A DNA stretch of 64,000 bases from the human T2T-CHM13v2.0 reference genome, Homo sapiens: the NCBI RefSeq assembly GCF_009914755.1, contig NC_060940.1. One strand, written 5' to 3'. The notes beneath the pieces are model-generated. The model made no database searches and was not told where the DNA came from. It saw only the letters and a program-made list of their open reading frames with translations. The position numbers and the translations under genes were made by a program. Of the stretch, positions 15,167 through 28,890 are shown in pieces. Within the stretch, counting starts at the first letter, position 1; each line of letters starts with the position of its first letter.

Positions 15167-16949
15167 CTGCAGAACGGAATAAGATAAAATGAAATAAAAA
15201 GCTTGTGTGTATTAAGATGGCTTTTCCTCTTATATTTCTAAAAACGCTGAATGCTTATGCCGGAGTTTAGGCAAACACAATACTGATTATTTACATGGCA
15301 TAATGGAAGTAAACACTCAAGGAGAAAGAGACTTGATGCTTTTACTCAGCATGATATAAACCATTATCTCATGTTTTCTATGGAAAGCAGTCTCAGCCGA
15401 GAAATTTGGTAACTCAGTAGGCTATTAATAGGATATGGAATGTGATTACTCCTTTTGGATTACTTCAATATGTAATTACTTTTAGGAGCTAGTAGAAAGA
15501 AAGTCTATTAAATGATAATTATAGGACTGTATTTGCTTTAAGTTTCTGTAATAGCTTTAAACATGGGAGTTTTCATTAACTGTTTGCCATAGTTAATAAA
15601 GTAATTTTTCTTAAAAAGTAGCAATTTCCTGCAAAAATAGTAGCTCAACAGTGGTATTAGTCTCTTATAGGAGAGGGCAGGGGAGATGAATTGTTCAGTA
15701 AATTGGCTCATCTAGGGTTATATAATCTCCTTGAAAAATATAGATGGTATCCGCAAAGTATTGTGACAAAGTAAAATACTTATAACTCCCTAGAGAACAA
15801 TGTGTCTTAGTATAATGTTTTCAGAGGTTAACAGCAACTAAATATGATTGCACATATAAAAAGAAAATGTACAGGGCAGGTGATGGAGGCAAAGTTATCA
15901 CAGCAGGGAAAGCTTAGTAAAGGTCCTGTTTGTAGGTGTCCCATGATAAACAGTAATATTGCTAGGAATACAGCCCCAGGAGTTAGACCTCCAGTGTAAG
16001 TTGAGAATTGCATCAACACAGATAGAAGATTGACCACAAATATTTGAGAAGCTAGACAAAAGATGGTGGCTAATAGTCATATGAGAACATCTGAGTTTTC
16101 TGGGCAACCGAATCAATCTCTTCACTATTGTTAAAACTAAATCCATTATGCAATATATTGTTACAAGCATTTCTTTGTCAGAAAACTGATATAAGCCTAA
16201 GCTGAAAAAATATAGCAGTCTGTCAATTCAAGGTGAAACTGGAAACAAATTTGAGAATGCAGAAAATTCTAAGAGTGAACACAGGGCTTTTCATAAATTC
16301 AAATACAGATGTATACGTATCTTAGAAAGCATTATGCAAACACTATTTGTGCCACCCTGTTCAATTCAGCTCAGTACACATTTTTAAATGTTCACTATGT
16401 GCCTGAGTTTCCTTGTTTTGGAGAAAACTATCATTACAAAATGAATTCCTGTATTACATATGTGTGTCCCATGAGGGTTGTGTGTTTCTGGTTGAGAACT
16501 ATCCATTTACATTAGTGCTTTGCAGAATTATCTCTTTCAGAGACTTACAAGTGCACATTCACCAAAGACAAAAGGTAAAAGAAAAATCCTAGTGTAAATA
16601 CAAACTTAAAGAGTGTTAAGTAACGTTTTGTTTTAAAATGATGGGAATCATTTACAAATTGAAACAGGGGTTGTTTCGTAGGCTTCTTTAAAAACACGTT
16701 TTTCTACATATAACTTCCTTCACACTTCAGTTCTTAAGAGCAAGTTCATTATAGAAAGCAAGGCATTGGGAGAGAAAAGGCTGTCATAACACCTAGGGCA
16801 TTTTGCCTCATTGTCTCATTTGGCATGTGCTTGATTTATAAGGCCCATAATTAAATACTCACATAAGTTCAAGAAATAATAAGGTAAATCAAATCATAGA
16901 CCCTCAAAATCCAAGCAGCATGGGGAGCGCCTGTCTGCTTTAATCATCA

Positions 16950-17200
16950 GCACGAAAGGATTCAGTGGTTAAGGCTATAGCATCTGGCCTCTGAGAGCCT
17001 GGGTTTAAACCCAGCCGTAACTTTTATTTGGTTGATTGATTTGAGACGAGTTATTTAATGATTCTGTGCCTCATTTTTCTCATCTGTGGAATAGGGGTGA
17101 CAATAATGCCTACCTATGGTGGTGTTAAGAAAATTAAGTGGACAGAGTGTGGAAAGGATCTTGGCATGGGTCGTGGAACACAGCAACTGGTATTTATGGT
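16950..17200 (+). mobile_element. MIR SINE
   Basis: cagtggttaagg...cctgggtttaaacccagc...tctgtgcctcatttttctcatctgtggaatagggg. Confidence 0.8.
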
Positions 17201-18173
17201 ACTGATGATAGTGATAACAGTAATGGGGAAAGTGATAATACTTACTAGAAAGTTTAAGATCCTCTAAGCCTGTTCTCAGTCGCAGGGAAAGCAATCAACC
17301 TATGGCCTAGTACCTGGTTAGCATGGATTGCATGAATATAGCAATCTGTATTCCTCCTTTTGCTCCCATGTTAAATGGTGGCATTTGTCTCCCTGTTTTC
17401 ACAGGCCTGCACCTTCACAAACTTAAATGGGCAATTTCACTACCAAGTAATGGACAGAGAAAAACAGTGTGGATGAGAGTAAAAAATATATACATATATT
17501 CATCTTTCCTGGCTCTGCTACCAACTTTATCTAGGGACTGCATCAGGTCTGGGACTACAAAAACAAAAACATCTATTTCTAATAATCTGCAAGTCTAGAA
17601 CCTCCTTAACTAATGAAAGGGGAAGCAGAAATAGTATTAAATTTTGCCGTTTTTATAATGGACAAACAATGCTTTGTTTCATGCCCTTCAGGCAACAATT
17701 CTGCAACTACTTTTAGATATTGAGCTCTGTACCCAGCCACACTGCATTAAAACTGTACTTGGAAAGGAAGGCCAGCTGAAAGATTAAATTGCCTTACAAA
17801 GTTGAACTAATCTCTTTTAATGCTTTACTTGATATCAATATTCATAAAGCTATCCTTCCCCCAAGGGTTTATCAACCTCTTGAAAAAAAAGATAAATGGA
17901 GTTGTTTGCATATTGACCCTGTAAGCTTCCCCACTTAGTTTTCCCACTGCTTCATGAATATCAAAGCCAAAAAATGTAAATAAAATTAGACTCACTTATT
18001 CGCATGCATCAAATGAGCCCATGTTTCAGAACAGAGGTGGCATTATTATTTCCGGTTTCTTCTTCAACAGGAAGACATTATAAAGATTAGTGAAAATACT
18101 TGTGCTATGCAATGTAAACGCCATTTGTTTTCCAGTTCTACTTCTCTGAATGCGTAGGAACCTTAGTACAAAC

Positions 18174-18291
18174 CTCGGTTGTCTCTGACTGTGAAATTTG
18201 GATTGTGAATGATTTCAGGGGGTAGGCTGAAGATAAATCTTGGTCCATTGGCCGTGTCATCCTTGTCATCTGCACTAATTGTAACAATTGG
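18174..18291 (-). CDS. CDH11: Cadherin-11 exon 11 (118 nt), EC5; the following intron runs off the window start
   Basis: PIVTISADDKDDTANGPRFIFSLPPEIIHNPNFTVRDNR; acceptor ctctttcag|, donor G|gtttgt; phase 0-1; cumulative CDS 1642 nt. Confidence 0.97.
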
Positions 18292-18525
18292 CTGAAAGAG
18301 AAAGGTGGCCCATAAATAAATCATGCTGACATTGGCACATCATTTATTCAAAAATTTCTGGCTGGCTAGAAAGCCTGATTTTAATTAGAGAACATAACTT
18401 CAGAACAAAACTATGGCTCTGAAACCTTTTTGGGCAGTGGTTGGTATCTCCAAGTGATGGTTTAAAAAACACACTCTATTTCCAAGTGCATTGTTCCTAG
18501 CCAAGAATAGGGAAAGCAGGATTAC

Positions 18526-18659
18526 CTGGTTGGAAAGTGGCTTGGTCTGATCACTCTCACAGATGAAACCTTCATAAGGGGCAGCAAACTTGGGAGCATT
18601 ATCGTTGACATCAAGGACCCTAATGGCCACTGGGACTTTGGCTTCCTGATGCCGATTGT
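18526..18659 (-). CDS. CDH11: Cadherin-11 exon 10 (134 nt), EC4/EC5
   Basis: HNRHQEAKVPVAIRVLDVNDNAPKFAAPYEGFICESDQTKPLSNQ; acceptor gtcttcccag|, donor CAG|gtaatc; phase 1-0. Confidence 0.98.
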
Positions 18660-18959
18660 CTGGGAAGACAGAATGCAGACAGTCAAGAAAGGTCAAGGAG
18701 AAATACACATTGGTCCAGGCATATTCTTGGGAAAGAGTAAGCTCCAGCCACCTATCTGGGCAGTGCAGGGAAAGATGTTCTTGTCACAGAATCGATTTAA
18801 GAGCTGAAGGGTGCTGTTAGTGGGAGAGGCATATCCTAGAATAAATGTCAATATTAAGACCAGTAAGAACTAAAACACTTTTCCACATCTGCTGACTTTG
18901 ATGCTGAGCTTTAATTCTAAAGGCCTATCATGGAGCCTGATCCCCAGAGAGATGTCTAT

Positions 18960-19145
18960 CAAAGTGGTTCTTAAATGTGGGAGTCTAGAGAGAAGCATTA
19001 AAACCATCTGGGAACTTGTTGGAAGCAAAAATTCTCAGGCCCTATCCCAGACCTACTGAATCAGAGTCTCTGGGGCAGGGTCCAGAAATCAAGCTTGATG
19101 ACTGATCAACCTGATGCATGATCAAGTTTGAGTTGTTGTCTATAG
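18960..19145. mobile_element. MER5A (hAT-Charlie) DNA transposon
   Basis: aaattctcaggccctatcccagacctactgaatcagagtctctgggg. Confidence 0.75.
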
Positions 19146-19498
19146 ATAAACAAGAACCCACAAACCTTGGGCCTAAGGACTTTGCTTTTCTGGGTTCAGT
19201 GAAGACTAGTGACTGGATGGAGTGGGAAATCTTTCAGTGATGGTTATGAGTTTCAAACTCCTGAGGGCTACTGGCTCTCTTGCCAAGTCTATACCCAGTT
19301 CTGTCAGAGAAAACAAGAACATTTCCCTTTGCCTATATGTACTCCTAGAAAGATAACCGAAAACACATTTTAAAGACTGAAAAATCTGTTTAAGACCAAA
19401 AAAGTTAGTCTATCTCAGCTATTTTACTTTCCAGAATATAGAGTCTGAAGCGATAATACTTGGTAAAGTAGAATCAAAACCATGAGGAGAATACTTAC

Positions 19499-19635
19499 GG
19501 ATTTCTGCTGCAAAGACAGTGATGTTGAGCCAGGCTGTTTCCTCTCTATCCAGAGGTTTTGTAGTTTTAATAAAACCATCCTCTGGATTAATAGTGAAAA
19601 ATCTGTCGAGGTCAGTGTGACGATCGATGGAATAC
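19499..19635 (-). CDS. CDH11: Cadherin-11 exon 9 (137 nt), EC4
   Basis: YSIDRHTDLDRFFTINPEDGFIKTTKPLDREETAWLNITVFAAEI; acceptor ctgcttag|, donor C|gtaagt; phase 2-1. Confidence 0.98.
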
Positions 19636-20118
19636 CTAAGCAGAATGCAAATGAGGCAATTAGACCAAGACATTCAGAGCAGCTTAATATTTGAATATTT
19701 TCTCCATGCTATATTTAAATCAAGCTTCTCAATGAATTACTTAAGCTAGATTTTCTTTCTAATCAAATTTACTTTTGAAACTTTGTACACGATTCTTTTA
19801 TAGAAATAACTTTGCCACATTGGAATTCCTTATTCAGTACAATGAATGAAAGAGTTGTTTAGCATATTTGATTGAGAAGTACAATAATGTGGTGCATATT
19901 TCTCCATATTTACTACAATCACCCATCCTCTGAATATTTATGAAACTGCATTTGGAAAGTGAGTTTGCCTTGCTCCCAAACTACTCAGAAAGTCACAAAT
20001 GTATCAAACCTTTGCCAGATTTTTGCATATGAAATTTTAAATCCGTTCAAGTGTATTTAAATTTATCAAGATCATGTATAGACCTAAAAATCAGTTTGTC
20101 TTATTTAAAGAAAAATGC

Positions 20119-20417
20119 AGCCTGGTGCAGTGTCTCACTCCTGTAATCCCAGCACTTTGGGAGGCCAAGGCGGATGGATCATTTGAGGCCAGGAGTTCAG
20201 GACCAGCCTGACCAACATGGTGAAATCGCATCTCTACTAAAAAATACAAAAACTAGCTGGGGATGGTGGCACACACCTATAATCCCAGTTACTCGGGAGG
20301 CTGAGGCATGAGAATCATTGAATCCGGGAAGCGGAGGCTGCAGTTAGCCAAGATCATGCCACTGCACTCCAGCGTGGGTGACAGAGAAAGACTCTGTCTC
20401 AGGAAAAAAAAAAAGAC
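20119..20417 (+). mobile_element. AluS
   Basis: Full dimer; TSD aaagaaaaatg on both sides. Confidence 0.92.
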
Positions 20418-21584
20418 AAAAGAAAAATGTTCACTACATTTTAGTAAATCTGTTTAGTTCATTTAGTTTCAGGGGTTCTCAGTTAGCTTGGCTCTGAGTT
20501 CCAGCGTGTAATGTACAAAGTAAGCTTGGCCATTTACTTGTAGGGCATTTTCCCATATTTTAATGACTCCAGGCTGTGCAAAACAGCACAGCTTGAAGAT
20601 TTTAGTTACTCCCACCCACTAAGTTAACTTTTTACTAATAACGGATAAAAAAACCACATAATATTATTGGGCTGTATTTGTGGCAAAGTGAGGTGGGAGA
20701 TGGCGGAAGAATGGCATTTACTGAGTTGTAGTAAGGTAAAATAACTTGCCCAGGATACAGTCTTGTTTTAATGGGTCTGTTGAACTCCAAACCCTTCCCT
20801 TTCCACTCCCTTATACTAACTCCAAAATAGAAAAGAACAAAAATGGGTTATGTTAATTCAGGTAGTACGCTGAGCTTCATAAGTGTGTGGTTTTCTGCTC
20901 TTAGAGGTCTAAGCTATGATTTCCCAAAATTTACAAAATGAGTATGTCAGAAGGCATTCAGTGATGGTCAAAAATCAAAGAATATTAGAGATAGCAGAGG
21001 CCATGAATATCGGAAGGTTTAATTGCCTGGATTTACAAAAGATGAAACTTGGCCTATGTCTAGTTTCTGGAAGAGACAATATTGGAAGCCAGATCTTCTA
21101 ATCCCAGATCATGTTCTTTTCAGGAAAGAGGGACCCCCCACTGAGCGGCACTTCACAGTATACAAACATGAGCTCATTCATGATGTCACTTAACTTCACA
21201 GCTCCCCATAGGAATAGAATAATGAGTCCCCTTGCACAGTGACAAAACCAAAGATATTCATACACCTCCTCAATGTCAGGAGAGGCTCAGCAACTGAGCC
21301 CTCAGCAGATAACACTATGTGGAAAGGAGTCAAAAAAATAATCAAAGACTTTTTTTCCTTCCATGAAGGAGCTCACTATTTAGTTGACATGACAACACAC
21401 ATGTGGGAAGAAAGATCATTAATAATTCAAGGTATTATTCCACAGAAATGAAGGGCATGAGTTTTGGGTTTTGGAAGTCCTAAGTACAACTTCATAATCT
21501 GCTACATATAAGCTAGATGATATTGGAAAAGCCACTTAAGTTCTTTGAGCCTTAGCATATTTATCTTCTAAAATGGAATGCGTA

Positions 21585-21700
21585 TTTTTTTTCCCAAACA
21601 GAATCTCACTATGTGGCCCCAGCTTGTCTTGAACAGCTGGGCTCAAGTCATCCTTCTGCCTCAGGCTCCTGGGTAGCTGGGATTGTAGGAACCTGGCTGA
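21585..21700 (-). mobile_element. Alu monomer (FLAM/AluJ fragment) inside a MIR
   Basis: tcactatgtggccccagcttgtcttgaacagctgggctcaagtcatcc. Confidence 0.6.
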
Positions 21701-22238
21701 ACTGGAATATTAATAGTACCTAACTTTTATGTTATCTGTGAGAATTCAATAAAATAATAAATGTTTAAGATACATAATTTAGTGACTCACACATTGCAAC
21801 CAACAGTAACTGCTATTATTTTTGTTGTTGATGCTGCTGTTACACACTGAGAACAAACTGTGGAAGCTCTCATATGTAAGAGTGTGACCTTCATCCTAGA
21901 GCCAGTGAGAAATCATGGAAGGCTTTGAGCAGAGGAGCAAATAAAAGAACGCAAGCTCTCAAGGAGATCAATAACGCATGATGGGCAAGATGGTCTGAGG
22001 AAGTGAGAGTAGAAGAAGGAGCAGAGGAAACTTAAGGATTTGATTTTGTTTTTAAATACATGAGGTGATGAGAGTGAAGTACAGGGGTAACAGAGGAAAT
22101 GGAATCCTAGATGATGATGAAAGCCCAAGTAGGATTTAGTGGATATTTGGGCATCTAGGGGAGGCTGAGAGAGTCCCAGGTAGCTTCTCACCTGAGTGTC
22201 TGAGAGAGGGAGATTTAAAGACATTGAAAAAGAACATG

Positions 22239-22490
22239 CTTGCTATTGTGAATAGTGCTGTGATGAACAGTTGAGTGCTTGTGTGTTTTTATTTTCCTCT
22301 GGATATATATTTTTAAATAAATTTTTATAAAGTTGATTTTCCTTTGGATATATGCCCTGTAATGAGACAGGATCAATCATACCCCCAACCTCAGCACTAC
22401 ACAATATAACCATTAACTAACCTACACATGTACCCCCTGAATCAAAAATAACTGTTGAAATTATTTAAAAAATTAAAAAGAAAAAGAGGA
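22239..22490. mobile_element. Short L1PA/PB-type insertion with inverted 5' part
   Basis: Antisense L1 3'-region (22239-22367) joined to the sense L1 terminus (aacctacacatgtaccccctgaatc...A tail). Confidence 0.65.
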
Positions 22491-23127
22491 AAAATCAATT
22501 ACCAGGAAGGAAAGGTTGACATTTAATTAAGGATATGTCAAAATGCTCAGAAAGAAAAGACTCAACTCTATTGCAGGCTTCAGGAAGTCAGGGGTGGAAA
22601 CAGCTGTTTTTGTTTTAAAGTATGTCACAATAATTACAAGATCAAAAATATGTCTTGGATAAATGAGTGAGCCAGTGAAAGAAAAAGCAAATGGGTAAAA
22701 ATGCACAACAGACAGTATCATAAATGCAGAGTTAGAGTTGGGGAGAAAGATCAGCCTAGGAGCAGGAAATATGAAGCATCCACTTAGGTCAATTACGGCT
22801 TGGGTAAAAGCCCTATAGGTGAGTGGACACAGAGAGAAGGACCAAGTCAATGCCTGGACAGGGATCAAAGACTAGTGAAGACATCAGGTACAGTGTTATC
22901 TGAGGCATAACAGGTTAGTGCCAAGAAAACTAAAGGGAGATAATATTTCAGAAAGGAAATTCTGAACAAAAATGTGTCTAATGCTACAGTCTGAGACAAA
23001 AAAAAACAAAAACAAAAAACTGCAGAATGTCCAAGAAGTTAAGAGTTATGGTGATATTGCAAGGCCTCCATTATATGTCCAAAGACTCAAATGTCCTCAA
23101 AGTTGAAGAGAAACAACCAGGAAATTA

Positions 23128-23487
<360 letters not shown>

Positions 23488-23497
23488 GCTTTGAATA

Positions 23498-23798
23498 GAC
23501 TAGGTGCAGTGGTTCATGCCTGAAATCCCAGCATTTTGGGGAGCTGAGCCAGGAGGATCACTTAAGCCCAGGAGTTTGAGACCAGCATGGGCAACATAGT
23601 GAGAACCCCCTCTCTACAAAAACAAAACAAAAAAAATTAGGCAGGCACAGTGGCATGCACCTGCAGTCCCAGTTACTTGGGAGGCTGATGTGGGAGGTTC
23701 ACCTGAGCGCAGGGAGCTCAAGTCTTCAGTGAACCATGATGACACCACTGCACTCCAGGCTGGGTGACAGAGTGAGACCCTGTCTCAAAAACAAATAT
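23498..23798 (+). mobile_element. AluJ
   Basis: Dimer; TSD aaaagctttgaata at 23484-23497 and 23799-23812. Confidence 0.9.
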
Positions 23799-25079
23799 AA
23801 AAGCTTTGAATATTCTCTTAAAATTTGTCTGGTATTTCTAAATAACAAAGACCCAAGTAGGTGGGAGTGGGCGGTTGGTTCAAGTGTGGTATTGAGCATC
23901 CTTGGATAATTATAGACATGGAAATTGCCTACATGCACAGAACAGCTACCATTTGAAAACATGACCCAAATAATCAATTGCAGATGTGAATCCTTGGAGA
24001 CAATGAGGTGCAGAGGAAATGAGTGAGTGTTTTTACGTCACAGTCACTGCTCTTCTAAAAAGTTTCTAATGCACCTCGATATTCTAGGCCAGAGATAACT
24101 CATTTAAACTTCACACTGTGAAGATTTTTAAGTCATTTAAAGGTGTTAGAAGGGTCCATAGTCATTATGTAACATATCTTTCTGCACAAAGAGAATATAG
24201 TAATCAAACCTTCTTGGGAAATCTTTCCATTAGTGGCTGCTGGGTTAAAGTAAAAAGCTCAAAATGAACTCAAGACAGATCTGGGCTGAAATCCAGTGTT
24301 CAATACTGACTGTCCACGTGACTTTAAAGAAGTCTCATCATTGCTCTGAGCCTCACTCTTCCCACCTGTTCAATTCTAGAGCAGTCATAGCCACAAAGGA
24401 TGTCAGTGAGAACTGACTGAAATAACTTTGTAAAACCTGTTGTATGAGGCTGAAAAGATGCTCAGTAAATGTTAATTATCTCTCTTTTCCTCAGAAGAAT
24501 CAGTGTTCAAAGATCCAAAAGCAACCCAACACCACTTATAGTTGGGAATTCCTTCTTTCCTGCCACTATTTTCTTTGATATAAATGGACAAATTCCATTG
24601 TCCGTGTAATTTCCTTTCATATTTAGATCCATTTACTTTTTCATAAGTAAATTCATTAGTGCCTCCCTAGGTATATTGGGAACCCCCAGTGTGTGCTCAA
24701 TGAAGGTTTGTCAAATAAATGTGTGAATAAGATGTCATCACTTCTATCACGCCTCCTGTTTTACACTCAAAAACTGTGAGCTTGACCTTCCAAGCCAAAT
24801 CAGGAGTTATTTTATTTATTTATTCAATAAATATTTGTTAGACATCGAATTTGGGCCATGTACTCTGTTTAGTGGAAGGCGCAGTGATGATCTATAACAG
24901 GGGCCAGCAAACTTGTTCTGCAAGGGCCAGCCAGCAAATGTTTAGCTTGTGCAGAAATTAGAATCTCTGTTTCAACTACTCAACTCTGCCCTTGCAGCAG
25001 GAAAGAAGACATAGATAATATGCAAACAAATGATGTGACTATCTTCCCATATAACATTATCTACAAAAATAGGTGGTGA

Positions 25080-26860
<1,781 letters not shown>

Positions 26861-27666
26861 AGAAAAGCAAATGGCAGCCAGATTTGGCCTATGGGCTATA
26901 GTTTGCCAAGGCCTAAACTAGACAGACATCCAGCTCTTTGAGACTATCCTCTAGTGAGGACCTCACATAACCTAAGTGTCCCTGTGATGTAGCCTGGGGG
27001 GTGAGGTAGGGAGGAGCAAGAGGAAGGACATCCGATACATCTCTAGGGAGCCCTGGAAGAATTCCTATAGGAGATAACACCTAAGTGGAGATGGAGAAAA
27101 TGAGTCCAATGTGGTAACTTGGAAAGGCAAGGGCTACCAGCTAGAAGGAGGAACATGTGAAGTCCAGGGATTAGGAGACAGCAGGAGAGCTTCAAAGAAT
27201 GAGATGGAGGTAGAGGGGTGCAAAGAAGTTTTTTAAACTAAGTGAATGAGGTTAGATTATTTTGAAGAGGGAGACAACAGGGAACCATTTAATCATTAAT
27301 TTTTTCTTGTGTTTTAACTAAGGTAAGATGTGATGTTTGGATGTGCATTGTATGAGGGTCACTCTGGCTGCAGAGTCAGGATTCATGCAGAGAGGTAAAT
27401 GAAAGACTGAGGGTTGGGAGACCCTGTGGAGGCATATAAAGAAATCCAAGCAAGAAGGAAATGAGAGGAGTGGCTGTGGGAAAAGAAACCCCTGCTAGAA
27501 TCCGGTCCAGGGGAAATTCCAGGGCACTATCAACTTCCACTCTGTAAACGTGTGATTCAAGCCCCTTCTCCACCTCCTTCTTATCACCCTCTCATTTTTG
27601 TCATTAGCTTCATCAGTCATTAGCTCAGGATGAAGAGGAAAGTGGAGAAGCAGAGTTTTGGATCAC

Positions 27667-27682
27667 TTTTTCTTTCTTTCTT

Positions 27683-27713
<31 letters not shown>

Positions 27714-27996
27714 GAGACAGGGTCTCACTCTGCCACCCAGGCTAGAATGCAGTGGCTTGATCTCGGCTTACTGCAACCTCTGCCTCTCGGGTTCAAGCGA
27801 TTGTCCTGCCTCAGCCTCCTGAGGAGCTGGAATTACAGGTGCATGCCACCATGCCCAGCTAAATTTTGTATTTTTAGTAGAGGCAGGGTTTCATTACATT
27901 GTAAAGGCTGGGTTCGAACTCCTTACCTTAGGTGATCCACCCGCCTTAGCCTTCCCAAAGTGATGAGATTACAGATGTGAGCCACGGTGCCCAGCC
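27667..27996 (-). mobile_element. AluS
   Basis: Antisense dimer; degenerate TSD agtt(t/c)tggatcac. Confidence 0.92.
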
Positions 27997-28636
27997 ACAG
28001 TTCTGGATCACATTTTTTTGTCACAAAAAAAGGTATTCATAATAATAAAATCACCTGAAATTTATTTGGACACTTTACTACTTTTACAAAGTACTCAGCA
28101 GCAGTTAGACAGAGCTGGCTTTCCTTGCCTCCTGCTCGGTGGCTGTATCATTCCAGGCAAGTCACTTTGTCTTGCATTGCCTCCAATTTCCTCTCATTTT
28201 AAGGACTAGCAATTTATACATCGATTAAGTTGAGGGGATTGATTAGATCACATACCTAACCTCCTCATAGAGTAACCAGAGAATGGGAAGGTATTTAATA
28301 AATTGCAATTACTATAATTATTTCACAATAATTATTTATATTTCCCCACAGTCCCCTGAGGCAGACAGGCCCAGCTCAGGGCTCCGTCACCTAGTATGCC
28401 TGGGGGAATCTGCTCCAGAGCAAAGTCATGTAGCTTGAACAATCCTATCCAAAAAGTCAGGAACAGAGGTGAAGGGAAGCTCATGTCTTCTAAATCTTAA
28501 TCTTGTTTACATTCTATTGAACCTGATAAACTTGAACCCTTTTTGAAATTGAAAAACGTGGTTCCTACAGGGCTTTCCCAGAACCTCTTGACTCTAAAAT
28601 TCCCCATCCAAGCTCTTAAAATAAATCCGTCTGTAC

Positions 28637-28890
28637 CTTATCGGGCTGTTGGCAGCATCAGGGTCTTTGGCATGCACTCTCCCAACCACGGTGCCAGCAG
28701 CTGCATTTTCTTGGACTTCGTGGATGTAACTTGGGGCCAAGAACATAGGGGGCTCATCAGCATCTTCTACTGAGATCTTGACGGTCACAGTGTCCTTGAA
28801 AGGGCCATTGCTGATAAACTTCGGGTCGATGTGCACGTTGGCTGCCTCTACCTTCAAGCTATAGGCTCTTTTGGTTTCAAAATCTACAGG
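28637..28890 (-). CDS. CDH11: Cadherin-11 exon 8 (254 nt), EC3/EC4
   Basis: PVDFETKRAYSLKVEAANVHIDPKF...VEDADEPPMF...AKDPDAANSPIR; acceptor ttcttgccag|, donor AG|gtacag; phase 0-2. Confidence 0.98.
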
